A stretch of 64,000 nucleotides of DNA. Source: a virus (Duplodnaviria; Caudoviricetes). The notes beneath the pieces are model-generated. The model did no database searches. It saw nothing but the letters and a program-made list of their open reading frames with translations, and was not told the origin of the DNA. The DNA lies in IMG/VR virus record IMGVR_UViG_3300032319_000326, positions 27,734 to 91,733 of that record. One strand, written 5' to 3'. The translations under genes were made by a program, and so were the position numbers. Below are positions 54,891 through 63,452 of this stretch, piece by piece; position 1 is the first letter of the stretch, and each line of letters begins with the position of its first letter.

Positions 54891-56714
54891 ATGAATAAAA
54901 ACGGAAATGAGATAACTATAACAGAAGAAGAATCTAAGACGTGTAAAGTTTGTGATATTCGGTTTGACTCTCCTAGAAAAAGAATGTGGCATATCAAAAA
55001 AGAACATAAACTTGATTTTGAAGAATATGTAATAAAGTTTTATTATGATGGGGTAGTTCCTACATGTTTAAAAACAGGAAAATCTTTGAGTTTTAAAGCG
55101 AACCAACTTGGTCCTTGGTTTAAAAATTATACAAAAAATTGTTTTCCACGAAACCCACATTCACAACAAACAAAAAATAAGATAAGAGATGGGTGTGAAA
55201 AAAATTCAATTAAAAAATATGGAGTAAAAAATATATTTCAATCTGATTGGTGTAAAGAAAAAATTAAAAATACAATGATTGAAAGATACGGTGTAAGAAA
55301 CATAATGGAAAATTGTGATATAAAAGCAAAAGTCTTATCTTCTTTCTTTGAAACTATAAGAAACAGACCAAAAAAAATATATGATGTTACAGATTACGAC
55401 CCAAATAAACCATCATCATTGGAGAATGATTTAAAAAATAAATTAACCGATTTAAATATTGAATTTGAATCTCCGTTTATATTTCAAGGAAAACGGTATG
55501 ATTTTTATATTCCTATAATAAATGTCGTTATAGAATTAGATGGAAACGCTTTTCACAAAGAAACTTTGGAAGAATTAAGTTTAATGACATTAAATAATAG
55601 CATAAATGATTATAATAAAAACAATTTAATTAAAGATACTAAATATAATTTTTACAGAATTAGATATGACACCAATAAATTTATATTTGATGAAAATGAT
55701 GATTTATTTAATAAAATTAAACAATTTGAATATTCCCCAAGTTATTCTATAAAATATAAACAAAAAATTATATCTAAAGAATATTTCTCAAGATATATTG
55801 AGAATAAAGGAAAGGATAAATTAAAATCTTATAGTAAATTATTATTAAAATTTATTAGATTATTTCAACCTAGACTACCGAGATATGAATTGGAGGAGGA
55901 TATAAAAGATGTTATGTCGAAGATTTCACTACAGGATTTTTCCAAAGTTTATTTTGATGGAACATTTCACAACAATATATCTACAACTGGACATAATTAT
56001 TTAAAATATTATTTTGAGTCATATTGGAAATCCGCTTATAAAGGAAACAAATCTCCTGTTGATTGTTGGTTGGATGATGAATTGATGCAAAAAATTATTG
56101 AATATCGAATTGGTTGTAATAATTCGGATGAGGTTTATGATTTTAGTTTGTATCAAATGGTGAAAGGGTTGTCGGCGAACAGAAAAACAGTTTCATTTTT
56201 TAAGCCTACATTAGCTGCTGGAATATATAAACATTATTTAAAAAACAACAATTCTCCGTTTGTTTTAGATCCGTGTTGTGGTTTCGGTGGAAGATTATTA
56301 GGATTTAAATCTGTCTATCCGAATGGAAAATATATAGGTTGTGAACCTAATGTTGAAACTTACAATGAATTGATACAAATGATTGACCGTGAGAAATTTA
56401 CGGATGTTAAAATTTATAATTGTAAGTTTGAGGATTACAATGATACAAAAGATGTCGATTTTACATTTACAAGCATTCCTTATTTTGATTTGGAATCATA
56501 TTCTAATGTAGTAAATTATGATGATTTTAATCATTGGAAAAATACATTTATAAAATCTATAGAATCGTGTCATAATTGTTATATAAATACATCCATCCAA
56601 TTGGCAAAAGAATTGAATTGGAATGTTGTGGATTCGTATATTGTATCAAACGGTTCACATTTTGATAAAAAGAATGGAATGTCTACAAAAACGGAATTGA
56701 TTGTAAAAATATAA
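54891..56714 (+). CDS. C2H2 Zn finger + Vsr/EDxHD-type endonuclease fused to amino-DNA-methyltransferase-like domain
   Basis: CKVC..HIKKEH, KYG repeats, YDFY..VIELDGNAFH; DPCCGFGGRL (motif I) and FTSIPYF (motif IV-like). Start reassigned to ATG 54891. Confidence 0.75.
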   Translation: MNKNGNEITITEEESKTCKVCDIRFDSPRKRMWHIKKEHKLDFEEYVIKFYYDGVVPTCLKTGKSLSFKANQLGPWFKNYTKNCFPRNPHSQQTKNKIRDGCEKNSIKKYGVKNIFQSDWCKEKIKNTMIERYGVRNIMENCDIKAKVLSSFFETIRNRPKKIYDVTDYDPNKPSSLENDLKNKLTDLNIEFESPFIFQGKRYDFYIPIINVVIELDGNAFHKETLEELSLMTLNNSINDYNKNNLIKDTKYNFYRIRYDTNKFIFDENDDLFNKIKQFEYSPSYSIKYKQKIISKEYFSRYIENKGKDKLKSYSKLLLKFIRLFQPRLPRYELEEDIKDVMSKISLQDFSKVYFDGTFHNNISTTGHNYLKYYFESYWKSAYKGNKSPVDCWLDDELMQKIIEYRIGCNNSDEVYDFSLYQMVKGLSANRKTVSFFKPTLAAGIYKHYLKNNNSPFVLDPCCGFGGRLLGFKSVYPNGKYIGCEPNVETYNELIQMIDREKFTDVKIYNCKFEDYNDTKDVDFTFTSIPYFDLESYSNVVNYDDFNHWKNTFIKSIESCHNCYINTSIQLAKELNWNVVDSYIVSNGSHFDKKNGMSTKTELIVKI

Positions 56715-56746
56715 AATTTTTAAACCATAATAAATTTTAATAAAAC

Positions 56747-56773
56747 AAACCCCAACTTTCGTTGGGGTTTTTT
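56747..56773. terminator. Bidirectional terminator between convergent genes
   Basis: AAACCCCAAC-tttc-GTTGGGGTTT flanked by A/T tracts. Confidence 0.85.
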
Positions 56774-56779
56774 CTTGCA

Positions 56780-57553
56780 CTATTCGAAAAATTCGTTTGT
56801 AGAATTTACAACTATTTCTTGCACTTCTTCTTTGAACGAAGTATCTTTGGGGTAACTACGAACTTTATGTTTTAGAGATTTAACCAGTTTCTTATTTTCT
56901 ATCTTGTTGCTTATAAACTTGATATAACGATGTTTACCGCTTTCACGTTTGCGCCAAAATGTTCTACCAATACGTTCTTTTAATTTATCTACACTGTGTG
57001 TTTTCCAACGTGCATATACACTTCTACTATGTATCCAATCATATTCAGTGGGGCCAATCAAACTAACACTATAGTTAGGCATCAGTGCAATATCCACATA
57101 GTTATCACCTTGATATACAAATCCAGTTGCTTGATATATTGTACCAACGTGACCAGCTTCACTATCTGCATAACTCAAAATACATTTTATTTGTGGATAG
57201 TCTATATTTAATAATCTAAAACTTTCAGCTATACAATAACTTTCTATATTTTTACCATAACCATCTGCAATCCACAGTCGTGTTAATTCCAACACATTGT
57301 TATTAGTAAGTAGAGGAGATATGCTGGTACTTGCATTTCTACCCACGGCATTTCCATATACTAATACACCTATTAGGCGTTCGTTAAAACCACCAAAGAA
57401 CGTGCTTTCAATAAACTCTTTATAATAAACTCCATACGCTACAGTACAAAGAGACCATTTGTGTGTATAATGGTTTTTTTCAATAAGAGTTTTTGCAACA
57501 TTCTTATTGATGTTTTTTAGATAAAGTAATGTAGGGTCAAAATACTCCGACAT
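56780..57553 (-). CDS. Mom-like DNA modification protein (GNAT fold)
   Basis: KNHY, GVLVYG, LELTRLW, ESY.I, SYADSEAGHVGTIYQATGF. Confidence 0.75.
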   Translation of the reverse strand: MSEYFDPTLLYLKNINKNVAKTLIEKNHYTHKWSLCTVAYGVYYKEFIESTFFGGFNERLIGVLVYGNAVGRNASTSISPLLTNNNVLELTRLWIADGYGKNIESYCIAESFRLLNIDYPQIKCILSYADSEAGHVGTIYQATGFVYQGDNYVDIALMPNYSVSLIGPTEYDWIHSRSVYARWKTHSVDKLKERIGRTFWRKRESGKHRYIKFISNKIENKKLVKSLKHKVRSYPKDTSFKEEVQEIVVNSTNEFFE

Positions 57554-57559
57554 ATTATT

Positions 57560-57587
57560 ATCCTATCACACTAAATTCAAATGACAA
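57560..57587 (-). promoter_or_regulatory. Sigma70-like promoter for the mom-like gene
   Basis: TTGTCA-N16-TAGGAT with extended TG on the minus strand. Confidence 0.45.
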
Positions 57588-57617
57588 GTTTTTATAATTT
57601 TGATATATTTATAAGAT

Positions 57618-58544
57618 ATGAGAAACCATTTATTATTATTTTTAATATTTACAATATTTTTATGCGGTTGTGAAACCACGTATTTTGATAAAGTTCAAAA
57701 GACTAAAGATGGTTTGTCTGAAACCAGAGTTAAAAAATCAAAAAACGATGAAGAAAAACTCAAAACGGTTTCTACTTTAGCTGCCGGCACTGAGTATTCA
57801 TTACAGTCTGTTAGTAATCCGCCTGTTCAAGTTAAAACAGCTTTGGATTATAACGCTAGAATTATAAATGTAGCCGGTAATCCAAATATTGATGAATTAA
57901 ACAAAATAAAAGACATAACTGATTTATTGAATAGTCGCGTAGAAAAAGAAAAAGAAAAGGGTTTGACGTTATTAAAAACAAAAGACGGAGAGATTTTAGA
58001 TTTACAAAATCGACAGACAGAAATAGAAGATGTATACGAACAACAAATAAAAAATTTAGAAGTTCAAGCATCTCAAGTAGCTAAAAACGCTGATAAGTTA
58101 CAAGGTACCGTGGATGAAGTTAATAGTTGGATGGGATTGGGAGGAGTAATGTATGGTTTAAAAAGGTTTGTAACAATTGGTGTGACGGGTATATTGATAT
58201 TTTTAGTGTGTTTTATAATTTTAAGACTTTTAGCTGCTACAAATCCTATAGCGGGTGCTATATTTTCTATAGTGGAACACATTGTGGGTATGTTTATTAA
58301 TATTTTAAAGGGAATAACTCCTAAAGCTATACAGTTTAGTAATCACATAGAATTACCTATATTTAACAAATATAAAGATACATTAGATACTGTTGTGGAT
58401 ACACTTGAAAATCTAAGAACTATTCAAAAAAGATCTGATGCACAGATAACACTTAGTGATGTATTTGTTGAATTGGATAAGAATCTAGATTCAAAAGAAA
58501 AGATTTTGGTCGGAGAATTAAAATCAATTAATAAATACGGATAA
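57618..58544 (+). CDS. Lipoprotein with coiled coil and C-proximal transmembrane segment (unimolecular-spanin-like)
   Basis: Signal peptide with lipobox LCGC, helical periplasmic stretch, hydrophobic FVTIGVTGILIFLVCFIIL. Confidence 0.55.
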   Translation: MRNHLLLFLIFTIFLCGCETTYFDKVQKTKDGLSETRVKKSKNDEEKLKTVSTLAAGTEYSLQSVSNPPVQVKTALDYNARIINVAGNPNIDELNKIKDITDLLNSRVEKEKEKGLTLLKTKDGEILDLQNRQTEIEDVYEQQIKNLEVQASQVAKNADKLQGTVDEVNSWMGLGGVMYGLKRFVTIGVTGILIFLVCFIILRLLAATNPIAGAIFSIVEHIVGMFINILKGITPKAIQFSNHIELPIFNKYKDTLDTVVDTLENLRTIQKRSDAQITLSDVFVELDKNLDSKEKILVGELKSINKYG

Positions 58545-58681
58545 TATTTATAGATATCATCAAGTTAAATTAGATAATAATCTACCACAATTACTTACAG
58601 ACACTATATTTATATCCAAAGAAACATATCACCGTGTAATAAAAGTCACAGGTAGTTTAAAGTAAAAATATCAAAACACAT

Positions 58682-59836
58682 ATGAAATTAATTGATTTGC
58701 TAGCCGAAATTAAAATGTACGAAGGCATGGGTCTACCTGCCGATAGTATTATCCCACTTTCACAATTTATATCGGCTGAATTAGATGAAGCGGATATGTT
58801 GGGTGCTACAACCAGAATTTTACCTCCTGATGAATTACAAGCATATCTCCAAAGAACAGGTGCTGGAGAAAAGGAGAAATTAGACAAATATAAGATGCCT
58901 TATGTACACAGAGGCAACATTGAAATTAAAGATGAAAATGATCGTACATATGATCTAAACAAATTAAAAGCAGCAATTACAGCCCGACCAGAAAAAATCT
59001 TAAAACAAAACGAAAAGATTACACATAGTGGTGGAGGTAGCACTATTTACTTTAATATTGGTTTACCAGCATTAAAAGGACTAGCTGTTAATGAAAAAAC
59101 AGGCGACTTTGTAGTAGTAGATACATGTCCGGGCGCAGGTGCGTGTAAAGTTTATTGTTATGCTAAAAAAGGTGGTTATGTTCAATGGAAAGCAAGTTCA
59201 TTATCTCAAACCAGACAATTGAATTTCTTGTTAAACGATCCATCAGGATATAAAGCCAAATTGGAGTCCGAATTAAGCGCTGCCGAATCAAAGTTTGGTA
59301 AAAAAGGTACCAAAGTAGTAGTTCGTTGGCACGACGCTGGAGATTTCTTTTCACCTGATTATTTGGGATTAGCATACAGTGTTGCTAACGATTTTCCCAA
59401 CGTTGATTTTTATGCTTATACAAAGATGGCAGGTGTAGCACAAGGTAGTAAACCGTCTAATTTTAAGATCAATTTTAGTGCGGGTGCAGATGTAAGTCAA
59501 GAAAAACAAGTAAATTTTCAAACAACTAAACATTCAACCGTGGTACCTAAACAAATGTTTGCTGATTTAGTAGATAGAGTTGAAGTAGATGATTCGGATA
59601 AACCAGGTAAAAAGATCAAAAAAATGGTGTTTAAATCCCCATCAGATCTTCAAACATTGAAACAAAAACTAGCAGTAAAATATGGATTCCCGGTTGATAC
59701 AGTTATTACCTATGACGAAATGATGAAAATTCCTGTGGGAGATAAACCAAAGTGGAATGTTATAGTTAAACCAGGTGATGGAGATGATAGTGCAAATAGA
59801 TCAGATGTAGTAGGTACTTGGTTATTAATCCACTAA
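58682..59836 (+). CDS. Gp88-like (radical-SAM-related) phage protein
   Basis: TCPGAGACKVYCYA, VRWHDAGDF, FYAYTK, INFS. Confidence 0.7.
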   Translation: MKLIDLLAEIKMYEGMGLPADSIIPLSQFISAELDEADMLGATTRILPPDELQAYLQRTGAGEKEKLDKYKMPYVHRGNIEIKDENDRTYDLNKLKAAITARPEKILKQNEKITHSGGGSTIYFNIGLPALKGLAVNEKTGDFVVVDTCPGAGACKVYCYAKKGGYVQWKASSLSQTRQLNFLLNDPSGYKAKLESELSAAESKFGKKGTKVVVRWHDAGDFFSPDYLGLAYSVANDFPNVDFYAYTKMAGVAQGSKPSNFKINFSAGADVSQEKQVNFQTTKHSTVVPKQMFADLVDRVEVDDSDKPGKKIKKMVFKSPSDLQTLKQKLAVKYGFPVDTVITYDEMMKIPVGDKPKWNVIVKPGDGDDSANRSDVVGTWLLIH

Positions 59837-59903
59837 TTTAGTTGTATTATCTCACTCCAGAGATATTTATAGTTAATGATTGATACTGTTAATGGACTAA
59901 AAT

Positions 59904-61190
59904 ATGAGTGCTAATCTTGATGCCGATAGGGTAAGATGGCCCGGGAGTGGTAGTAGTGTTAATCTAAACACTGTGCCATTTGGCTATTATCTAAACGAAA
60001 GTTGCGTTGGAGCTGAAACCACATTTGTTAATGATTGTAGTAGCAGCGCGATGTGGGCAGCGAAACGTTTGGGATATCCAATCGTTGATATAGAAATGAT
60101 CGACGTTAATTTCTACGCATGTTTTGAAGAATCCGTACTAGAATATAACCGTGTAATAAACGAGTTTAACATCGTAAACAATTTGGTTTCATTAGTTGGC
60201 TTACCTCAATCTAAATATAACAATTTAACCGGTCTTGGTATGAAGAGTACTGGTTTGCCATTTGTTGTACAATTAAGCAAACAATACGGAGCCGAAGCGC
60301 TTGTTGGTGGAGAATATGAAGTAAAAAGAAATTACATTGCAATAACGGGTAGTGCCGCTCCTGCAAATACAAATCAAGTTTACGATTTAAATGTATTAAT
60401 CGGAAAAGATATTGAACATTTAACAGGTTCTCGTATTGAAGTAAAGAGAGTATTTCACCATCGGCCGCCTGCTATCGCTCGTATTTACGATCCATTTAGT
60501 ATGACAGGTATGAGTTATAGCAACGTATTACAAGAAATGGGATTTAGTTCTTATAGTCCAGCAACTCAGTTCTTGATGACTCCTATCTTTGAAGATTTGG
60601 AACGTGTTCAAGCTATTGAGTTTAATGATATGGTTCGTAAAAGTAGTTATAGTTTTGAAATTCTTGGTAATAATAAGTTGAGAATTTTCCCAATTCCAAC
60701 CGACAGTTTCAAAGTTTATATAGATTATATCGTTGAAAGTGAACGTGACATTACAAATTTCTTTAGCGGATCTCGTTATCAATATATTAGTGATCCAAGT
60801 GATGTTCCGTATGAATATTGTACATATTGTAAAATAAATCAACCAGGTAAACAATGGATTAAAAAGTATTTCTTGGCATTATGTAAAGAAACACTGGGTC
60901 GTATTCTTCAAAAGTATACAACCGTGCCAATTCCTGGCGGCGAAGTAACTCTTGATGGCGCTGAATTACGTTCTGAAGCCAAAGAAGAAAAAGATTCGTT
61001 ACTCGAAAAATTGAGAGATATGTTAGAAAAGACATTGCGTGTAAATCAAATGGAAAATAAAGGTAAAGAAAGTGACGAAATGCATAAAATTTTGTCTCGT
61101 ATACCTTTACATATTTACATTGGGGTTTGGGCATTTTTACTAATATATATTAATATATGGACAAACATCAATGTGGTATCTGTGGTTTAA
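59904..61190 (+). CDS. Neck protein (T4 gp13-like)
   Basis: KRLGYPIVDIE, WIKKY.LAL.KE.LG, PIPGGEVTLDG, IPLHIYIG. Confidence 0.8.
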   Translation: MSANLDADRVRWPGSGSSVNLNTVPFGYYLNESCVGAETTFVNDCSSSAMWAAKRLGYPIVDIEMIDVNFYACFEESVLEYNRVINEFNIVNNLVSLVGLPQSKYNNLTGLGMKSTGLPFVVQLSKQYGAEALVGGEYEVKRNYIAITGSAAPANTNQVYDLNVLIGKDIEHLTGSRIEVKRVFHHRPPAIARIYDPFSMTGMSYSNVLQEMGFSSYSPATQFLMTPIFEDLERVQAIEFNDMVRKSSYSFEILGNNKLRIFPIPTDSFKVYIDYIVESERDITNFFSGSRYQYISDPSDVPYEYCTYCKINQPGKQWIKKYFLALCKETLGRILQKYTTVPIPGGEVTLDGAELRSEAKEEKDSLLEKLRDMLEKTLRVNQMENKGKESDEMHKILSRIPLHIYIGVWAFLLIYINIWTNINVVSVV

Positions 61191-61351
61191 AATATAAAAG
61201 TACCAGATCTTTATCAATTCATATAAAATCTTCACATAAAACATCAACTGAAGAATAAATCGAGATCGATGGTATATTTTGGCATCCAAAATCGTTGGAT
61301 GAGTGTAAATATGAATTTCCAGATTCAATCATTAACATTATAAATGAATAA
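61157..61351 (+). pseudogene. Degenerate C2H2 + EDxHD-type homing endonuclease
   Basis: MDKHQCGICGLKYKSTRSLSIHIKSSH..TEE* followed in frame by IEIDGIFWHPK. Confidence 0.75.
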
Positions 61352-61379
61352 TATAAATATATTTATATTTATATAACAT

Positions 61380-61952
61380 ATGGCAGCACCTGTATCTCCA
61401 CAATATCCTAAACAAAATCCAGCGTTTCCACAATATTGGACCAATGGACGAAAGGATATTGGTATATATAATCCGAATTATTCGCCTGGTAGATATTTTT
61501 CACCGAGAGATCTCAATATGATAGGTTCTCTTAATGCTGAATTGATGGGGGATATTATCGAAAATGTCGTGCAGATATTTAAAATTGCTACGTATGAAAC
61601 TACAGTTAACATTTACGACGAAAGTAGTAGTGAAAAAGGTAAAGTATTTTATCCAGGTATTAATCTTACAGCTTTGATTCAACGGGAAGATATAACAACA
61701 GATGGATCGCAAGGATATGGTCCTGATAGAAAACAAGATATTGTTTATAGATTCAGAGAACGTGATTGTATTATCACTAACTTTTTCCCTGAAATTGGAG
61801 ATTTGGTGTTGTATAATGAACGATATTATGAAATTGATAACGTAGTTCAAGAACAATTTGCAGGCGGACATCCAGACAAGTCTTTAAGTTTAATTGTTAA
61901 TACTCACTATACAAGACTAAGCAAACTAAATCTAGTAGAAAGACAAACATAA
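61380..61952 (+). CDS. Head closure/neck protein (T4 gp14-like)
   Basis: NIYDES, PEIGDLV.Y.ERYYEI; follows gp13. Confidence 0.7.
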   Translation: MAAPVSPQYPKQNPAFPQYWTNGRKDIGIYNPNYSPGRYFSPRDLNMIGSLNAELMGDIIENVVQIFKIATYETTVNIYDESSSEKGKVFYPGINLTALIQREDITTDGSQGYGPDRKQDIVYRFRERDCIITNFFPEIGDLVLYNERYYEIDNVVQEQFAGGHPDKSLSLIVNTHYTRLSKLNLVERQT

Positions 61953-61955
61953 TTT

Positions 61956-63443
61956 ATGCCGTGGGGACCAAACAACGTTGGTGATCCTAATAATGCTCCA
62001 AATCCGATTGAGAAAGGCATGTCTCAATCGGATGTTAAAAAGTATTATAATAGAGCAGATGCCGTGCGTCGTGATACAGACAAAGAAAAAAATGTCACAA
62101 TCACTTTGTTAGACATTGATTCAGCAATAATTAGTACACTAGATTCTCAGTTGAAGTTGCAAGTTAATGATAACGGAGAAACTATCAAAGTACCGGTTAT
62201 ATATGGCAATCCAGAAAGATGGGTTGCTATGAAAAAGTACGGGGGTATTAGAGATAATCAAGGTAAACTGTTGTTGCCTGCTATAATGATTCGTAGAAAA
62301 AGTGTGGAAAATAACAAGGATTTAGCCACGTTTAATCGTTATTTATCATATCAAACTATACAATCATACAGTGAAAAAAATAAGTATGATCGGTTTGATT
62401 TAGTTAATACCGACATTTTTAAGAGCAAACCAACCAGACAAATTTATAGTGTTTCGTTACCAGTACACGTAAATATTACATACGAATGCATGATCTGGAC
62501 GGATTATGTAGATCAAAATAATAAGTTATTGGAACAAATAAACTACGCGGCTAAGGATTATTGGGGAGACCGTGAAAGATTTAAATTTAGAGCCAGAGTA
62601 GATAATTACAGTATCGATCAAGAAATCGCTGACGGTGAGGATCGTAATGTCAAGACTGCTTTTGATTTAAATGTTAACGCATATCTATTAAATGACAGTT
62701 ATATAACAAGTATGGGTGGTATAAAAAATACTACTTCAAAGGTATTCACTGTACGTAAAATACGATTACAGGAAAATGATATCGTTTCATCATCCGAAAT
62801 GGAATCAATTAAACGGAATATACAAATTGTACAAAAACAAGATACAAGTAATCTAAGAGACAAAAACGGTGACTATATCGATATAACCGGCAATGGTACA
62901 TTAGAAATTAGGCCAAATATTGTTACTAATAACGACGGGTATAACAAAATTGTACCTGGAAATATTCGCAAAACAATATTCCATCCAGCCCCTAAATCGG
63001 TATTGGAGTATGGCGAAAATGGTTGGTTAGCATATGATAGTACGTATATTTACGTATACCAATATCCAACTGGGTGGTTAAAAAGAGAAATTGCTACATT
63101 TGATTATGATTATAGTAGCCAAACATATATTAGTGGATATGATTGTAACGGAAATCCGATTTACACGACTGCGAATAGAAGACCTATAAATACAGCATTT
63201 AGAATCTTTCAACGATTTCCCGATAAATTCTATCATCAAGTACCATATCAGTCATCTGATTATGGACAAGATGGATGGATAAGTTACGACGGTAGTTATT
63301 TTTATATATATAGCCAAAACGAATGGAGAAGAGTTCCGATCAATACATTCTCGCCTATCGCGGTCGATAACACATATCTACGTCCAGACGGCATTTCTTT
63401 TTATCTAAGACCAGATGGAACTTCTATTTATTTAAGACCATAA
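61956..63443 (+). CDS. Tail terminator/completion protein (T4 gp15-like) with C-terminal repeats
   Basis: KVPVIYGNPERW, LLPAI, V.ITYE..IWT....QNN.LLEQI; two YG..GW..YD..Y.Y.Y repeats. Confidence 0.7.
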   Translation: MPWGPNNVGDPNNAPNPIEKGMSQSDVKKYYNRADAVRRDTDKEKNVTITLLDIDSAIISTLDSQLKLQVNDNGETIKVPVIYGNPERWVAMKKYGGIRDNQGKLLLPAIMIRRKSVENNKDLATFNRYLSYQTIQSYSEKNKYDRFDLVNTDIFKSKPTRQIYSVSLPVHVNITYECMIWTDYVDQNNKLLEQINYAAKDYWGDRERFKFRARVDNYSIDQEIADGEDRNVKTAFDLNVNAYLLNDSYITSMGGIKNTTSKVFTVRKIRLQENDIVSSSEMESIKRNIQIVQKQDTSNLRDKNGDYIDITGNGTLEIRPNIVTNNDGYNKIVPGNIRKTIFHPAPKSVLEYGENGWLAYDSTYIYVYQYPTGWLKREIATFDYDYSSQTYISGYDCNGNPIYTTANRRPINTAFRIFQRFPDKFYHQVPYQSSDYGQDGWISYDGSYFYIYSQNEWRRVPINTFSPIAVDNTYLRPDGISFYLRPDGTSIYLRP

Positions 63444-63452
63444 TTATAATTT

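Noticed and set aside
61119-61150. Target mimic upstream of the gp13-adjacent endonuclease remnant (rc L-V-K-M-P or sense L-L-I-Y-I)
   Set aside because: Too short and AT-rich to distinguish from chance without ortholog sequences.
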